Shown: positions 1 through 8,562 of the stretch, piece by piece | Numbering within the stretch: the stretch's first letter is position 1 | How the letters are laid out: each line of letters starts with the position of its first letter | Assembly: GCA_031362565.1 (NCBI GenBank) | Contig: JANLSU010000120.1 | Span: 138,872 to 202,871, forward strand | Source: a bacterium | GTDB taxonomy: Bacteria > Krumholzibacteriota > Krumholzibacteriia > G020349025 | DNA: 64,000 bases | Reading direction: 5' to 3' | Notes under the pieces: model-generated | The model's input: only the letters and a program-made list of their open reading frames with translations | What the model was told of the DNA's origin: nothing | Database searches by the model: none | Program-made: the position numbers and the translations under genes

Positions 1-1278
1 GATTCCATCTACCTGCCGCCGCAGGGCAAGCTGGCGCTGAACGGCCTGGCCCTGGAATCGCTCTATTATAAGGGCCTCATGGACAAGGTCGGCGTGCACG
101 CCAATTTCCACCGCATCGGCGCTTTCAAGAGTGCGGTCGAGGAATACACCCGCGACAAGATGTCGGAGCCGGCGCGCCGCAACGCCGGCTGGTTGCTCGA
201 TGACCTGTGGAGCGAATTCCGCGACACCGTGGCGCGCGACCGCAAGCTGGGCCCGGGCGCCATCGATGAAATCATTGCGCTCGGCACGTTGCAGCCCGAG
301 GAAGCGGTCGACGCCAAGCTGATTGACGACGTGCGCTATCGCCAGGATTTGGAAGATTCGTTCCGCGACGAAAACGGCGACTCGCGGCTCATCACCGTGT
401 CCGAATATGCGAAGGCCAACAAGTCGTCAACGCGCGGCGGCCCGGCGATTGCGGTCGTGCATACGGCCGGCTTCATCCTGAGCGGCAAGAATGGCTTCAA
501 CCCGGCCTTCGGCACCACACTCGGCGACGAGAGCGTACTGCGCGACCTGCAGGATGCCATCGACGACGACGACGTCAAAGCCATCGTGCTGCGCATCGAC
601 AGCCCGGGCGGCGAGGTCATGGCGAGCGATACCATCGGCAACGCCGTCGAACGCGCCACGGAAGAAAAGCCGGTCGTGGTTTCGATGGTGGATGTGGCGG
701 CCTCCGGCGGCTACATGATGGCCTATCGCGCCAGCCGCATCGTGGCGCTCCCGAACACCATCACGGGCAGCATCGGGTCGTTCACCGGCAAATTCAACTT
801 GCACGGCCTGTATTCGAAACTGGGGCTGACGAAGGAATTCGTCACCCGCGGCTCGTATCCGCTCATCGACAGTGACTACAGCGACTGGTCGGCCAACGAA
901 GAGAGCCTCATCGTGCGCCAGCACTGGGAGGACTACGGCGCCTGGATCGACGACATCGCGGTATCCCGCAAGATGGAGTCGGCAGCGGTGGACAGCGTGG
1001 CGCGCGGACGCGTGTGGACCGGCCGCCAGGCGCTCGATCACAAGCTGGTGGACGAACTCGGTGATCTGCGTCACGCGGTCGAGGTCGCTTCGACGCTCGC
1101 CAACCTGCCCCAGGATGCCAAGCCGCGCCTCGTGCACTATCCGAAACCCATGGGCTTGTTCGACGTCATCGAAGAGCGCAGTGAGCTGCTCTCGGCGGTC
1201 GCCGCCCACTGGGCACGCGGCACTCTTTTGCCCAAGGGCGCCAGTTTCGGCGTCCTCGACGTGCGCGTCGCGCCTTGA
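1..1278 (+). CDS. sppA: Signal peptide peptidase SppA (protease IV, S49), 5'-truncated by the window edge
   Basis: Frame is open from base 1 (DSIYLPPQGKLALNGL...); motifs GAFKSAVE, LRIDSPGG, AASGGY, TITGSIG, ARGRVWTG. Confidence 0.93.
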   Translation, partial: DSIYLPPQGKLALNGLALESLYYKGLMDKVGVHANFHRIGAFKSAVEEYTRDKMSEPARRNAGWLLDDLWSEFRDTVARDRKLGPGAIDEIIALGTLQPEEAVDAKLIDDVRYRQDLEDSFRDENGDSRLITVSEYAKANKSSTRGGPAIAVVHTAGFILSGKNGFNPAFGTTLGDESVLRDLQDAIDDDDVKAIVLRIDSPGGEVMASDTIGNAVERATEEKPVVVSMVDVAASGGYMMAYRASRIVALPNTITGSIGSFTGKFNLHGLYSKLGLTKEFVTRGSYPLIDSDYSDWSANEESLIVRQHWEDYGAWIDDIAVSRKMESAAVDSVARGRVWTGRQALDHKLVDELGDLRHAVEVASTLANLPQDAKPRLVHYPKPMGLFDVIEERSELLSAVAAHWARGTLLPKGASFGVLDVRVAP

Positions 1279-1288
1279 TCCTGCGTGG

Positions 1289-1318
1289 TTGACGCCCGAG
1301 CGCCGGCCCCCCGATACT
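1289..1318 (+). promoter_or_regulatory. Putative sigma70-type promoter for efp
   Basis: TTGACG-N18-GATACT upstream of a GAGGAG RBS and the GTG start at 1363. Confidence 0.45.
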
Positions 1319-1362
1319 AGGGCCACTGGACTAGAGCCCCTTAGGACCAACGAGGAGTTTCC

Positions 1363-1923
1363 GTGAGCGTTCAAGCGACGCAGCTCAAAGTCGGCATGAT
1401 CATCATGCACAACGCCAAGCCACACCGGGTCATGAGTGTTCTGCACGTGACGCCGGGTAACTGGCGCGGCATGGTGCAGACCAAACTCGTGAACATCGAG
1501 ACCGGGTCCAATGCCGAGCACCGGTTCCGGTCCGAAGACCGCGTCGACCAGGCCGACATGGAGCACCACAAGCTGCAACTGTCGTATCGCGCCGCCGACG
1601 AATTCAACTTCATGAACACCGAGAACTACGAGATGGTGATGCTCGACAAAACCGTCCTCGGTGGCTCCGCGTTGTATCTGCTGGAGGGCATGGAAATCGA
1701 GGCGCTGTACTTCGAGGGGCGCGTCGTCGGCATCGAAGTGCCGACCTTCGTCGAACTCCTCGTTACCGAGACGACTCCCAGCATGAAGGGCGCGACCGCT
1801 GCCGCATCGCCCAAGCCCGCGACCCTCGAGACGGGTTTACAGATCAAGGTGCCGCAGTACGTCAATACCGGTGACCGGGTGAAGATCGATACCCGCACCG
1901 ACGAATTCGTCGAACGAGCGTAG
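1363..1923 (+). CDS. efp: Elongation factor P
   Basis: 186 aa; C-terminal KPATLETG..IKVP.Y...GD.VKIDTR...FVER signature; loop reads TPGNWRG. Confidence 0.95.
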   Translation: MSVQATQLKVGMIIMHNAKPHRVMSVLHVTPGNWRGMVQTKLVNIETGSNAEHRFRSEDRVDQADMEHHKLQLSYRAADEFNFMNTENYEMVMLDKTVLGGSALYLLEGMEIEALYFEGRVVGIEVPTFVELLVTETTPSMKGATAAASPKPATLETGLQIKVPQYVNTGDRVKIDTRTDEFVERA

Positions 1924-1931
1924 CGTAAGCC

Positions 1932-2417
1932 ATGCCTGCGACTCTCGAGACTCGCGCCACGATCATTGCGGCATCTCTGGCTCTCGCGGCCTTGCTCTGC
2001 GGCTGCGGCGACAAAAAAGCCGTACCGCCCTACCAACCCGGCCTCGGCGAGATCATGACATTGACGCAGATGCGCCACGCCAAACTCTGGCTGGCCGGCG
2101 ACGCCCAGAACTGGGCGCTCGCGTCCTACGAAGTCGACGAGATCGCCGCGGGTTTCCAAGACGTCATCGCTTATCACCCGACGCACAAAGACTCGCCGGT
2201 GCCCTTGCGCGATGCGATTCCGGTGATGATCGACGGGCCGATCGAAGAACTGCGGGCAGCGATCGCCAAGCAAGATCCAGCCACCTTCGCGACCGCCTAC
2301 GACGGCCTGACCGCAGCGTGCAACGCCTGCCACGAAGCCACGAACTCCGCTTTCAACGTCGTGCAACGCCCCGCCGCGAATCCCTTCCCGAACCAACTCT
2401 TCACCGTGCCGCGCTAG
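1932..2417 (+). CDS. Putative c-type cytochrome lipoprotein (helical, cytochrome c'-like)
   Basis: Lipobox-like LLCGC; single CxxCH (CNACH) near the C-terminus after helical segments. Confidence 0.65.
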   Translation: MPATLETRATIIAASLALAALLCGCGDKKAVPPYQPGLGEIMTLTQMRHAKLWLAGDAQNWALASYEVDEIAAGFQDVIAYHPTHKDSPVPLRDAIPVMIDGPIEELRAAIAKQDPATFATAYDGLTAACNACHEATNSAFNVVQRPAANPFPNQLFTVPR

Positions 2418-2649
2418 AACGCCGACGAGCCTGGGGCAGCTGACCCGCGACTGGATCTCGCCTTCGCCGACGCGCTTCGGATATCATTCTGCTCTCGACA
2501 ATTTGGCGTGGCGGAACGGGTTATGGCTGCGAAGGCGTCTTATGTAAACCTGGCATTGCGCCCGCGGGGCGCGGCCACGCTTTGAGCCGCCCCCCACAAC
2601 GAGTACTGCGGGTTTATCTTCAAAGAGGACACCCCATTCTCCGGAGGGC

Positions 2650-3669
2650 TTGCCCGTGCGGTCACTCGGCCAGATCTGGCGCAACGCTCTGAACAGAGCC
2701 GCTCCTGCGGCATTCGCGGTGGCGATTTCCGGCTGTGACGATGACGTCGCCACACCGGGAACTGGCCACGCGTGCGGCGATTACTCAAGGTCAGTTGCCC
2801 AAATCACCTCGAGGGACACTCCGGGCGGCTGTATCGACCTCGCTGTAGCTGGCAACTACGTCCTCGTCGCGGACTACAGTGCCGGACTTCAGGTGATCGA
2901 TGTGAGTCGTCCATCATCACCGCAACTGGTGGCGACGATCCCATATCCCAGCGTAGACCCTCTAGGAGTGGTCATCGCCAATTCGTATGCGTATGCCGCA
3001 GGTCCCTCGGGGCTTCGGGTAATCGACATCTCCAACCCGACCTCGCCGCGCATCGTTGGGACTCTCGGGACAAATGAGTTCGCCCTAGCCGTGGCAGTTG
3101 ACCGGGGTCACGCCTTTGTTGCAGTCGGGTCTGGCGGATTGTTGGTGGCCGACGTCAGTGACCCGACGACCCCGACAGTTGTTGCCACACTCGATACACC
3201 TGGGGATGCTCGTGGCGTCGCGATTGCTGGCGACTTCGCCTACGTCGACGATGGCCGATACGGCCTGCAAATCGTCGACATTAGCAACAAGGAGTCGCCT
3301 GTGATTATCAGGACCGTAGATACAGAGTTTGCGAATGGGGTAGCTGTAGAAGGTGACCACGCCTACGTCGCTGACGGTCGATCCGGCCTGAGGATAATCG
3401 ATATCCACGACCCCGCTGTAGCCAGAATAGTGGGAACTATCGACACGCCCGGCGATGCTTCCGACGTCGTCGTTGCGGGACGGTACGCCTACGTCGGCGA
3501 CTGGGATTCCGGACTTCAGGTCATCGACATCAGTGACCCGTTGTCGCCGCGACTTGTGGGAGCAGCGGATACGCCGAGTATTGCCCGTGGCGTTGCTGTG
3601 GCTGGTGACTACGTCTACGTGGCGGACCACATGGCCGGCCTCCACGTGTTCCCCCGGCAGTGTGACTGA
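2650..3669 (+). CDS. LVIVD-repeat beta-propeller protein, probable lipoprotein; start uncertain
   Basis: About 7 repeats of 'G.A.GVA..G.YAYVADG..GL.I.DIS.P..P..VG...T'; AISGC lipobox-like motif. Confidence 0.85.
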   Translation: MPVRSLGQIWRNALNRAAPAAFAVAISGCDDDVATPGTGHACGDYSRSVAQITSRDTPGGCIDLAVAGNYVLVADYSAGLQVIDVSRPSSPQLVATIPYPSVDPLGVVIANSYAYAAGPSGLRVIDISNPTSPRIVGTLGTNEFALAVAVDRGHAFVAVGSGGLLVADVSDPTTPTVVATLDTPGDARGVAIAGDFAYVDDGRYGLQIVDISNKESPVIIRTVDTEFANGVAVEGDHAYVADGRSGLRIIDIHDPAVARIVGTIDTPGDASDVVVAGRYAYVGDWDSGLQVIDISDPLSPRLVGAADTPSIARGVAVAGDYVYVADHMAGLHVFPRQCD

Positions 3670-3788
3670 TGGCTCCACCATCGCATCTCAGCGCACCTCT
3701 TTGACTCCCCTTCCGGCGACGGGTTCCAGCGGTCAGTTCGCCTTCCGCCTGGTTATACGACAAGCCCCCAGGCCCCTCTGGCACCGAG

Positions 3789-3906
3789 TGCGCCTTCCGC
3801 GTAGAAAGACGCAGCCGCTGGCCATCCGCTCTGGAAACTTGGCGGTTTGCGCGGACCTCGGGTCGCGGAACGCGCCGGCATTGCGCCTTCCGGACCCAAA
3901 GACGCA
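3789..3906. repeat. Pair of imperfect 25-bp direct repeats in the intergenic region between convergent genes
   Basis: TGCGCCTTCCG-N5-AAAGACGCA at 3789 and 3882; shorter CCTTCCG cores at 3709 and 3741. Confidence 0.55.
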
Positions 3907-3978
3907 ACGCAGAGCCCCGAGGGGGCTGGTCGTCGCGGCGCCCGCTTGGCGACATCCTCGACGGGTCTCTCCGCGTTC

Positions 3979-5340
3979 CTACACCGCGTCGCTCAGGCTC
4001 GAAAATGTGAAGTTGGCGGCTTTGATTGCCGGCATCACGGCATTGCCGGTCCGAACCGCGGGCGTCATGCCGAGAACGTTGTTGAGCATGACGGCGGGGC
4101 TTTCGTTGAAGCGGAAGTTCACCACCGGGTGGGTGATCTTGCCGTTTTCGATCAACCACAGGCCGTCGCGCGTCAGCCCGGTCAACTGCATCGTCTGTGG
4201 GTTGACGACACGGATATACCAGAAGTGGGTCACCAAGAGACCGCGTTCGGTGGACCCGATGAGCGCCTCCAGCGCGTCCTTGCCGCCTTCAAGCACGAAG
4301 TTGCCCGCCGAGGGCGTCGGCTCGCGGTCACTCTTCTTCGCCCAATAGCGGTCGTAACTCAAGTTCTTGAGAACGCCGTTTTCGACCCAGGTGATGGGCG
4401 TATTCGCGACGCCCGGCTCGCCGCCACCGAATCCGCCGCCTCCACCGCCGCCGCCGCCGCCACCACCCCAAGGCGAGCCCGGCCGGCGCCGGTCGAGCGG
4501 ATCGCTCTTCATCGTCACCGATTCGTGAAACACCTTTTCGCCGAGCTGCGTGCCGCCGCCCTTTTTCGAGAAGTACGAGCGGCCTTCCTCGGCCGTGCGA
4601 GCCGAGAGCGCGCCGCCGATGTTGAACCCGAGGAGTTCGGCCACCGCCGCGGGCTCCAGAATCACGGTGTAGTCGCCGGGCTCGAGGCGTTGCGGCGCTG
4701 CCGACTCGCGGGCTTTGCGGACGGCCGTCGTTGCGAGCTTCCCGGCGTCAATGTCGCGGACCCGGAAGCTCGAGTCCTCTGCCCATCCCGATCCCGTACC
4801 GTCCGGTGTCCGGGCCGTAGCGCTCAGCGACACAGTCGTCGACGGGAAATACCCGAAGTTGCCCGCCTTGTTGGCGATGCATTGCACGGCGCTGCTGTTC
4901 GTGAAGAACCCGGAGCTGCTCATGCTCTCGCGCGTCGCCGCTTCGACAACGGCCTGCACGCCCGCGACGCGCCCAGCGGCGCCCAAGCGTGCGGTCGCAT
5001 CATCCTGAGCAACGATTTCCAGGTACTTCTGCGGCGCCAGCGGCCCGACGTATTCGGGATCGGCCGGCATCAACGCCGCCAGTTCCTCGGCGCGCTTCAT
5101 CGCCTTCTCGAGTGCCGCATCACCGGTCTCGTTCAGCGACACGCGCCCCGTACGTCCATCGCGCGTGGCGCTCACCACAACCGTCACCGACTCCGAATCA
5201 CCGGACGTCGTGATTTCGTTGTTGGCGAAGCGCGTGTTCGAATTGCGGCCGAACGTGAGCGCCACCGATGCATCCTCGGCGCTGGTGAAGCCGAGCGCCC
5301 GAGCGGCAATCTGCCGGCATTCCTTTTCGCTCATCGACAT
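3979..5340 (-). CDS. pmbA: TldD/PmbA family protein (PmbA/TldE-like subunit)
   Basis: TRFANNEIT, LEPG.YTVILEPAAV, TGLTRDG, NFRFNESP, FTFSSLSDAV; no HExxxH; lies directly downstream of tldD. Confidence 0.85.
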   Translation of the reverse strand: MSMSEKECRQIAARALGFTSAEDASVALTFGRNSNTRFANNEITTSGDSESVTVVVSATRDGRTGRVSLNETGDAALEKAMKRAEELAALMPADPEYVGPLAPQKYLEIVAQDDATARLGAAGRVAGVQAVVEAATRESMSSSGFFTNSSAVQCIANKAGNFGYFPSTTVSLSATARTPDGTGSGWAEDSSFRVRDIDAGKLATTAVRKARESAAPQRLEPGDYTVILEPAAVAELLGFNIGGALSARTAEEGRSYFSKKGGGTQLGEKVFHESVTMKSDPLDRRRPGSPWGGGGGGGGGGGGFGGGEPGVANTPITWVENGVLKNLSYDRYWAKKSDREPTPSAGNFVLEGGKDALEALIGSTERGLLVTHFWYIRVVNPQTMQLTGLTRDGLWLIENGKITHPVVNFRFNESPAVMLNNVLGMTPAVRTGNAVMPAIKAANFTFSSLSDAV

Positions 5341-5344
5341 GGCT

Positions 5345-6967
5345 TCACTCCGTTCGCAGGACGTTGATGCCGCGGAACAAGGTCGGCGAGCAGCCGTGGC
5401 TCATGGCGTTGATTTGGCCCGGCTGGCCCTTGCCGTCGTTCGTAAGTCCAAAGTTCTGCCAGAACCGCTCGTCGGCGATCGCCGCGCAGGCGTGCCAGAA
5501 GTCGGTGGTCTTGCTCTGGTAGGCGACGTCGGCCAGCATGCGCCCCTTCTTGCCGTTCTTGATCTCCCAGAACGCGTCGCCGCCGAATTGGAAGTTGTAA
5601 CGCTGATGATCGATCGACCACGAGCCGCGCCCGTCGATCAGCACGCCGTCCTCGACCATGGCAATGAGGTCATCCAAACTCTTGCCATCCTTGCCGGGCC
5701 GCAGCCACACATTTGGGATACGCTGGAACGGCACGCTGTCGAACGAGTCGGCGTAGCAGCAGCCGCGCGACTCCTTCTCGCCCACCAAGTGCGCCTGGTC
5801 GCGAATCGTTTGATAAGCCTGGAAGACACCGTCCTTGACGATGTCGAAGGAGGTGGCCTTGACCCCGTCGTCGTCGTAACCAACCGTCGCCATGCCCTGT
5901 GGCAGGGTGCGATCGCCGACGATGTTCATGAGCGGTGAACCGATCTCCAGCTTGCCCATGGTCTTGTCGGGTGGCGCTACGAATGACGTGCCGGCGAAAT
6001 TGGCCTCGTACCCAAGGGCGCGATCCAGCTCCGTCGAGTGGCCGATGCTCTCGTGGATGGTGAGCGCCAGGTGCGACGGCATCAGCACAAGATCCTTCGC
6101 CCCCGGCTCGATCGATGGCGCTGACAGGTGTTCGACGGCCTCGGCACCGACACGCTCGGCGTTTTCGAGCAGTCCGCAGCGCTCGATGTGCTCGTAACCA
6201 CCCGTCACCGGCGGGACCTGAAAGCTGCGCGACTTGTTCTTGCGCGTCGCGAATTCGACCGCGGTTGCGCTGAAGGTCGGTGCCGTCTGCAGGATGAGCT
6301 GCTGGATCGATGAGCCGTCCGTGGAAGCGAAGAATTTGTCCTCGGAGCGAAACGTCAGCGATGAATTGACTTGGCTGACGCCCTTGGTCCGTCGCGCCGC
6401 GTCGTGCGCCGACTGCAGGAGACCCAATTTGTCCTGCAGCGGCACGTCGAAGGGGTTTCTCTCGAACGGCGTCGAGTAGCGATCCTTGTACGCTGGCACC
6501 GCGGCGAGTTCCACTCGGTGTTTCTGCAGGGGCAGGTTGGCCTTGGCGCTCGCGACGGCCGCCGCTGTGATGCGCGCGATCTCGTCCTTGTCCACTTTCG
6601 GGCTCGCGGCGAAACCCCAGGTGCCCGAGTGCAGCACGCGCACCCCGAAACCAAACGATTCACTCTCGAAGACGTTCGGCACGTTGTTGACGGCGCCGCT
6701 TGCCGCGCCCTGACTCCGGTCACGGCTCGTCCGCAGCGCCACGGTCTGGTTGCGATAGCGATTGATGCGAATATCGGCGTACGAGCAGCCAAGCTTGCGG
6801 GCTTTGTCGAGGGCGACGGCGGCCAGCGCATCCAGATCGCCCGGCGCGAGCGACGTTGCGAGCGCTTTCGGGATCGACAAAAGCGACTCCCGCAACAGGC
6901 CACCGACTGCGGCCGCACCGGCGGTCAGGCCAACGGTACGGAGAAACTCGCGGCGAGTAGGCGACAC
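5345..6967 (-). CDS. tldD: TldD family metalloprotease with Tat-like signal peptide
   Basis: HESIGH zinc motif, GYDDDG, GKGQP, SHG; GTG start at 6967 after an AAGGGAG RBS gives MSPTRREFLR. Confidence 0.9.
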   Translation of the reverse strand: MSPTRREFLRTVGLTAGAAAVGGLLRESLLSIPKALATSLAPGDLDALAAVALDKARKLGCSYADIRINRYRNQTVALRTSRDRSQGAASGAVNNVPNVFESESFGFGVRVLHSGTWGFAASPKVDKDEIARITAAAVASAKANLPLQKHRVELAAVPAYKDRYSTPFERNPFDVPLQDKLGLLQSAHDAARRTKGVSQVNSSLTFRSEDKFFASTDGSSIQQLILQTAPTFSATAVEFATRKNKSRSFQVPPVTGGYEHIERCGLLENAERVGAEAVEHLSAPSIEPGAKDLVLMPSHLALTIHESIGHSTELDRALGYEANFAGTSFVAPPDKTMGKLEIGSPLMNIVGDRTLPQGMATVGYDDDGVKATSFDIVKDGVFQAYQTIRDQAHLVGEKESRGCCYADSFDSVPFQRIPNVWLRPGKDGKSLDDLIAMVEDGVLIDGRGSWSIDHQRYNFQFGGDAFWEIKNGKKGRMLADVAYQSKTTDFWHACAAIADERFWQNFGLTNDGKGQPGQINAMSHGCSPTLFRGINVLRTE

Positions 6968-7066
6968 GGCGATCTCCCTTGCGCGAGAGCCCGGGGTTGC
7001 GTCTGTTGAACCCCGCCACTCTACCCCACGCATGGCTCGGGCGTCACCAGTCCGGAGGCCCGCGCC

Positions 7067-8224
7067 TCAGAGAGTGCCGGCCTGCAAGGTGGCGCAAAAC
7101 TCCCCGAAGGGCAGAACTTCGATTCCATCGCGCGTCTTCAACCGATCCTTGCCGGTGTAGACAAGCAGGCTGCGACGTACGCCGGGAAGCACCTTGAAGG
7201 CACGCAGTCCCTTGCACATCCCGTCCGAGAACTTGCTCGACGATTTCACCTCGATCGCGACAATTTCCTTCCCCCGGACGAGTACGAAATCGACTTCGAT
7301 CGCGACGGAATCGCTCGACGCCCAGTAGAAGATTCCATCGTAGAGCCGGCGGTAGGCGTTGTACGCCCGTAGCACGGTAAAGACATACCCCTCGAAGAGC
7401 CGGCCGGCTTCCTCGCGCGACGGCACGCCCCAGGATTGCATCGCAGCTCGAGCCAAGCCACAGTCGACCCAATACAGCTTGGGCAACGCGCGTTCGCGAA
7501 ACCGCAGCTTGGCGTCGAACGCCGGGAGGCGCAGAGTAAGCAGAGTGTCCTCCAGAATCTCGAGGTATCCCTGCACCGTCGAGCGCGACACGCCAGCTTC
7601 GCGAGCGATATTGGAAGCGTTGATCACTTGCGCATGGGAGAGCGCCGCGACTGGGAAGAACCGTGAGAAGGCCGGCAGATTGCGCACCAGCGCTTCGGCC
7701 CGGATTTCCTCTTTGAGATACAGCTCGACGTAGGCGCGAAGAGTCTCGTCCGGTTCATCCGCCGCAACGACCAGCGCAATCGACCCGTAGCGCAGCACCC
7801 GCGGCAAGCTGAAAGCCTCCCCGAGTTCGTTCGGAGTCAGGGGGAAGAGCTCGCGTTTCGCGGCGCGGCCCGCCAGCAGGTTCGTTCCGGCCAACTTGAG
7901 TTTGCGAGCGCTCGAACCCAGCAGCGCAAAGCGCTGTTTGCGATCTTCGATCGCCCGGTGCACTTCGTTCAGAAGGTTGGGCAGGCGCTGGATCTCATCG
8001 ACAACGATCGTGGCCCCGGCCCGCTCGGCATTCAGTTTCAGCGCGAAGAGTTCAGGGTTGGACAAATAGCTCTGGAACACCTGCTCATCGAGCAGGTCGA
8101 TACGTGTCGCGTTCGGGAAGGTCTCACGCGCGACGGTGCTCTTGCCGACTCCACGCACCCCCAAGAGGAAGAAGCTGCCCTTGGGCGGCGCGAAGAGGCG
8201 CTTGAAAACTGGCCTGCTCACCAT
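7067..8224 (-). CDS. AAA+ ATPase (AAA_14) with DUF4143 and C-terminal PD-(D/E)XK-like motif
   Basis: Walker A GVRGVGKST, Walker B IVVDEIQ, LGSSA, LLAGRA, EVDFV...AIEVK. Confidence 0.9.
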   Translation of the reverse strand: MVSRPVFKRLFAPPKGSFFLLGVRGVGKSTVARETFPNATRIDLLDEQVFQSYLSNPELFALKLNAERAGATIVVDEIQRLPNLLNEVHRAIEDRKQRFALLGSSARKLKLAGTNLLAGRAAKRELFPLTPNELGEAFSLPRVLRYGSIALVVAADEPDETLRAYVELYLKEEIRAEALVRNLPAFSRFFPVAALSHAQVINASNIAREAGVSRSTVQGYLEILEDTLLTLRLPAFDAKLRFRERALPKLYWVDCGLARAAMQSWGVPSREEAGRLFEGYVFTVLRAYNAYRRLYDGIFYWASSDSVAIEVDFVLVRGKEIVAIEVKSSSKFSDGMCKGLRAFKVLPGVRRSLLVYTGKDRLKTRDGIEVLPFGEFCATLQAGTL

Positions 8225-8253
8225 GTCGGCATTTTACGGCGAAAAACGCCGAC
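8224..8253. promoter_or_regulatory. Inverted repeat abutting the AAA+ ATPase start codon (candidate operator)
   Basis: TGTCGGCATTTT-acggcg-AAAACGCCGACA-like palindrome. Confidence 0.5.
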
Positions 8254-8395
8254 AAGCTAGACGATTTTTGGAGGTCCACCCCGGGCAGCGCCTGGCACCC
8301 ACGGCCTACCGACATTGCCGTCCGCGCGGCCCGCGGCCCTAGAGCGGCAGCGAATCCGTGGAAGTGGAGGTCCCCGCGTGAGTATCGAACCCAAC

Positions 8396-8430
8396 TAAAG
8401 AGGGCCCCGCGGCTTGCGCCGCGAGGCCCC
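8396..8430 (-). terminator. Rho-independent terminator-like hairpin
   Basis: Minus strand GGGGCCTCGCGGC-GCAA-GCCGCGGGGCCCT followed by CTTT. Confidence 0.65.
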
Positions 8431-8517
8431 ACGGAATGAGGTCCAGTGTCGACGGCGGTGGGTACCCAAGTAGTTGGGGAAAACCCGCCTAAACGCCATG
8501 AACGCTGGGGCTCCCTG

Positions 8518-8562
8518 CTACAGGGCCGCCACCTCCACTGAGCCGCATCGGTCTAAACTCAC
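8518..8562 (-). CDS. Candidate 14-aa peptide MSLDRCGSVEVAAL
   Basis: GTG start 7 nt after the GGAGG core of an extended SD (AGGAGGTGATCCA); TAG stop lies in a CCCTG-TAG-CAGGG hairpin. Confidence 0.3.
   Translation of the reverse strand: MSLDRCGSVEVAAL

Noticed and set aside
3700..3910. Possible degenerate CRISPR array
   Set aside because: Only two long repeats, irregular spacing and no cas genes in the window.
3847..5367. 506-aa plus-strand ORF and similar ORFs opposite tldD/pmbA
   Set aside because: Antisense shadow ORFs with no recognisable motifs.
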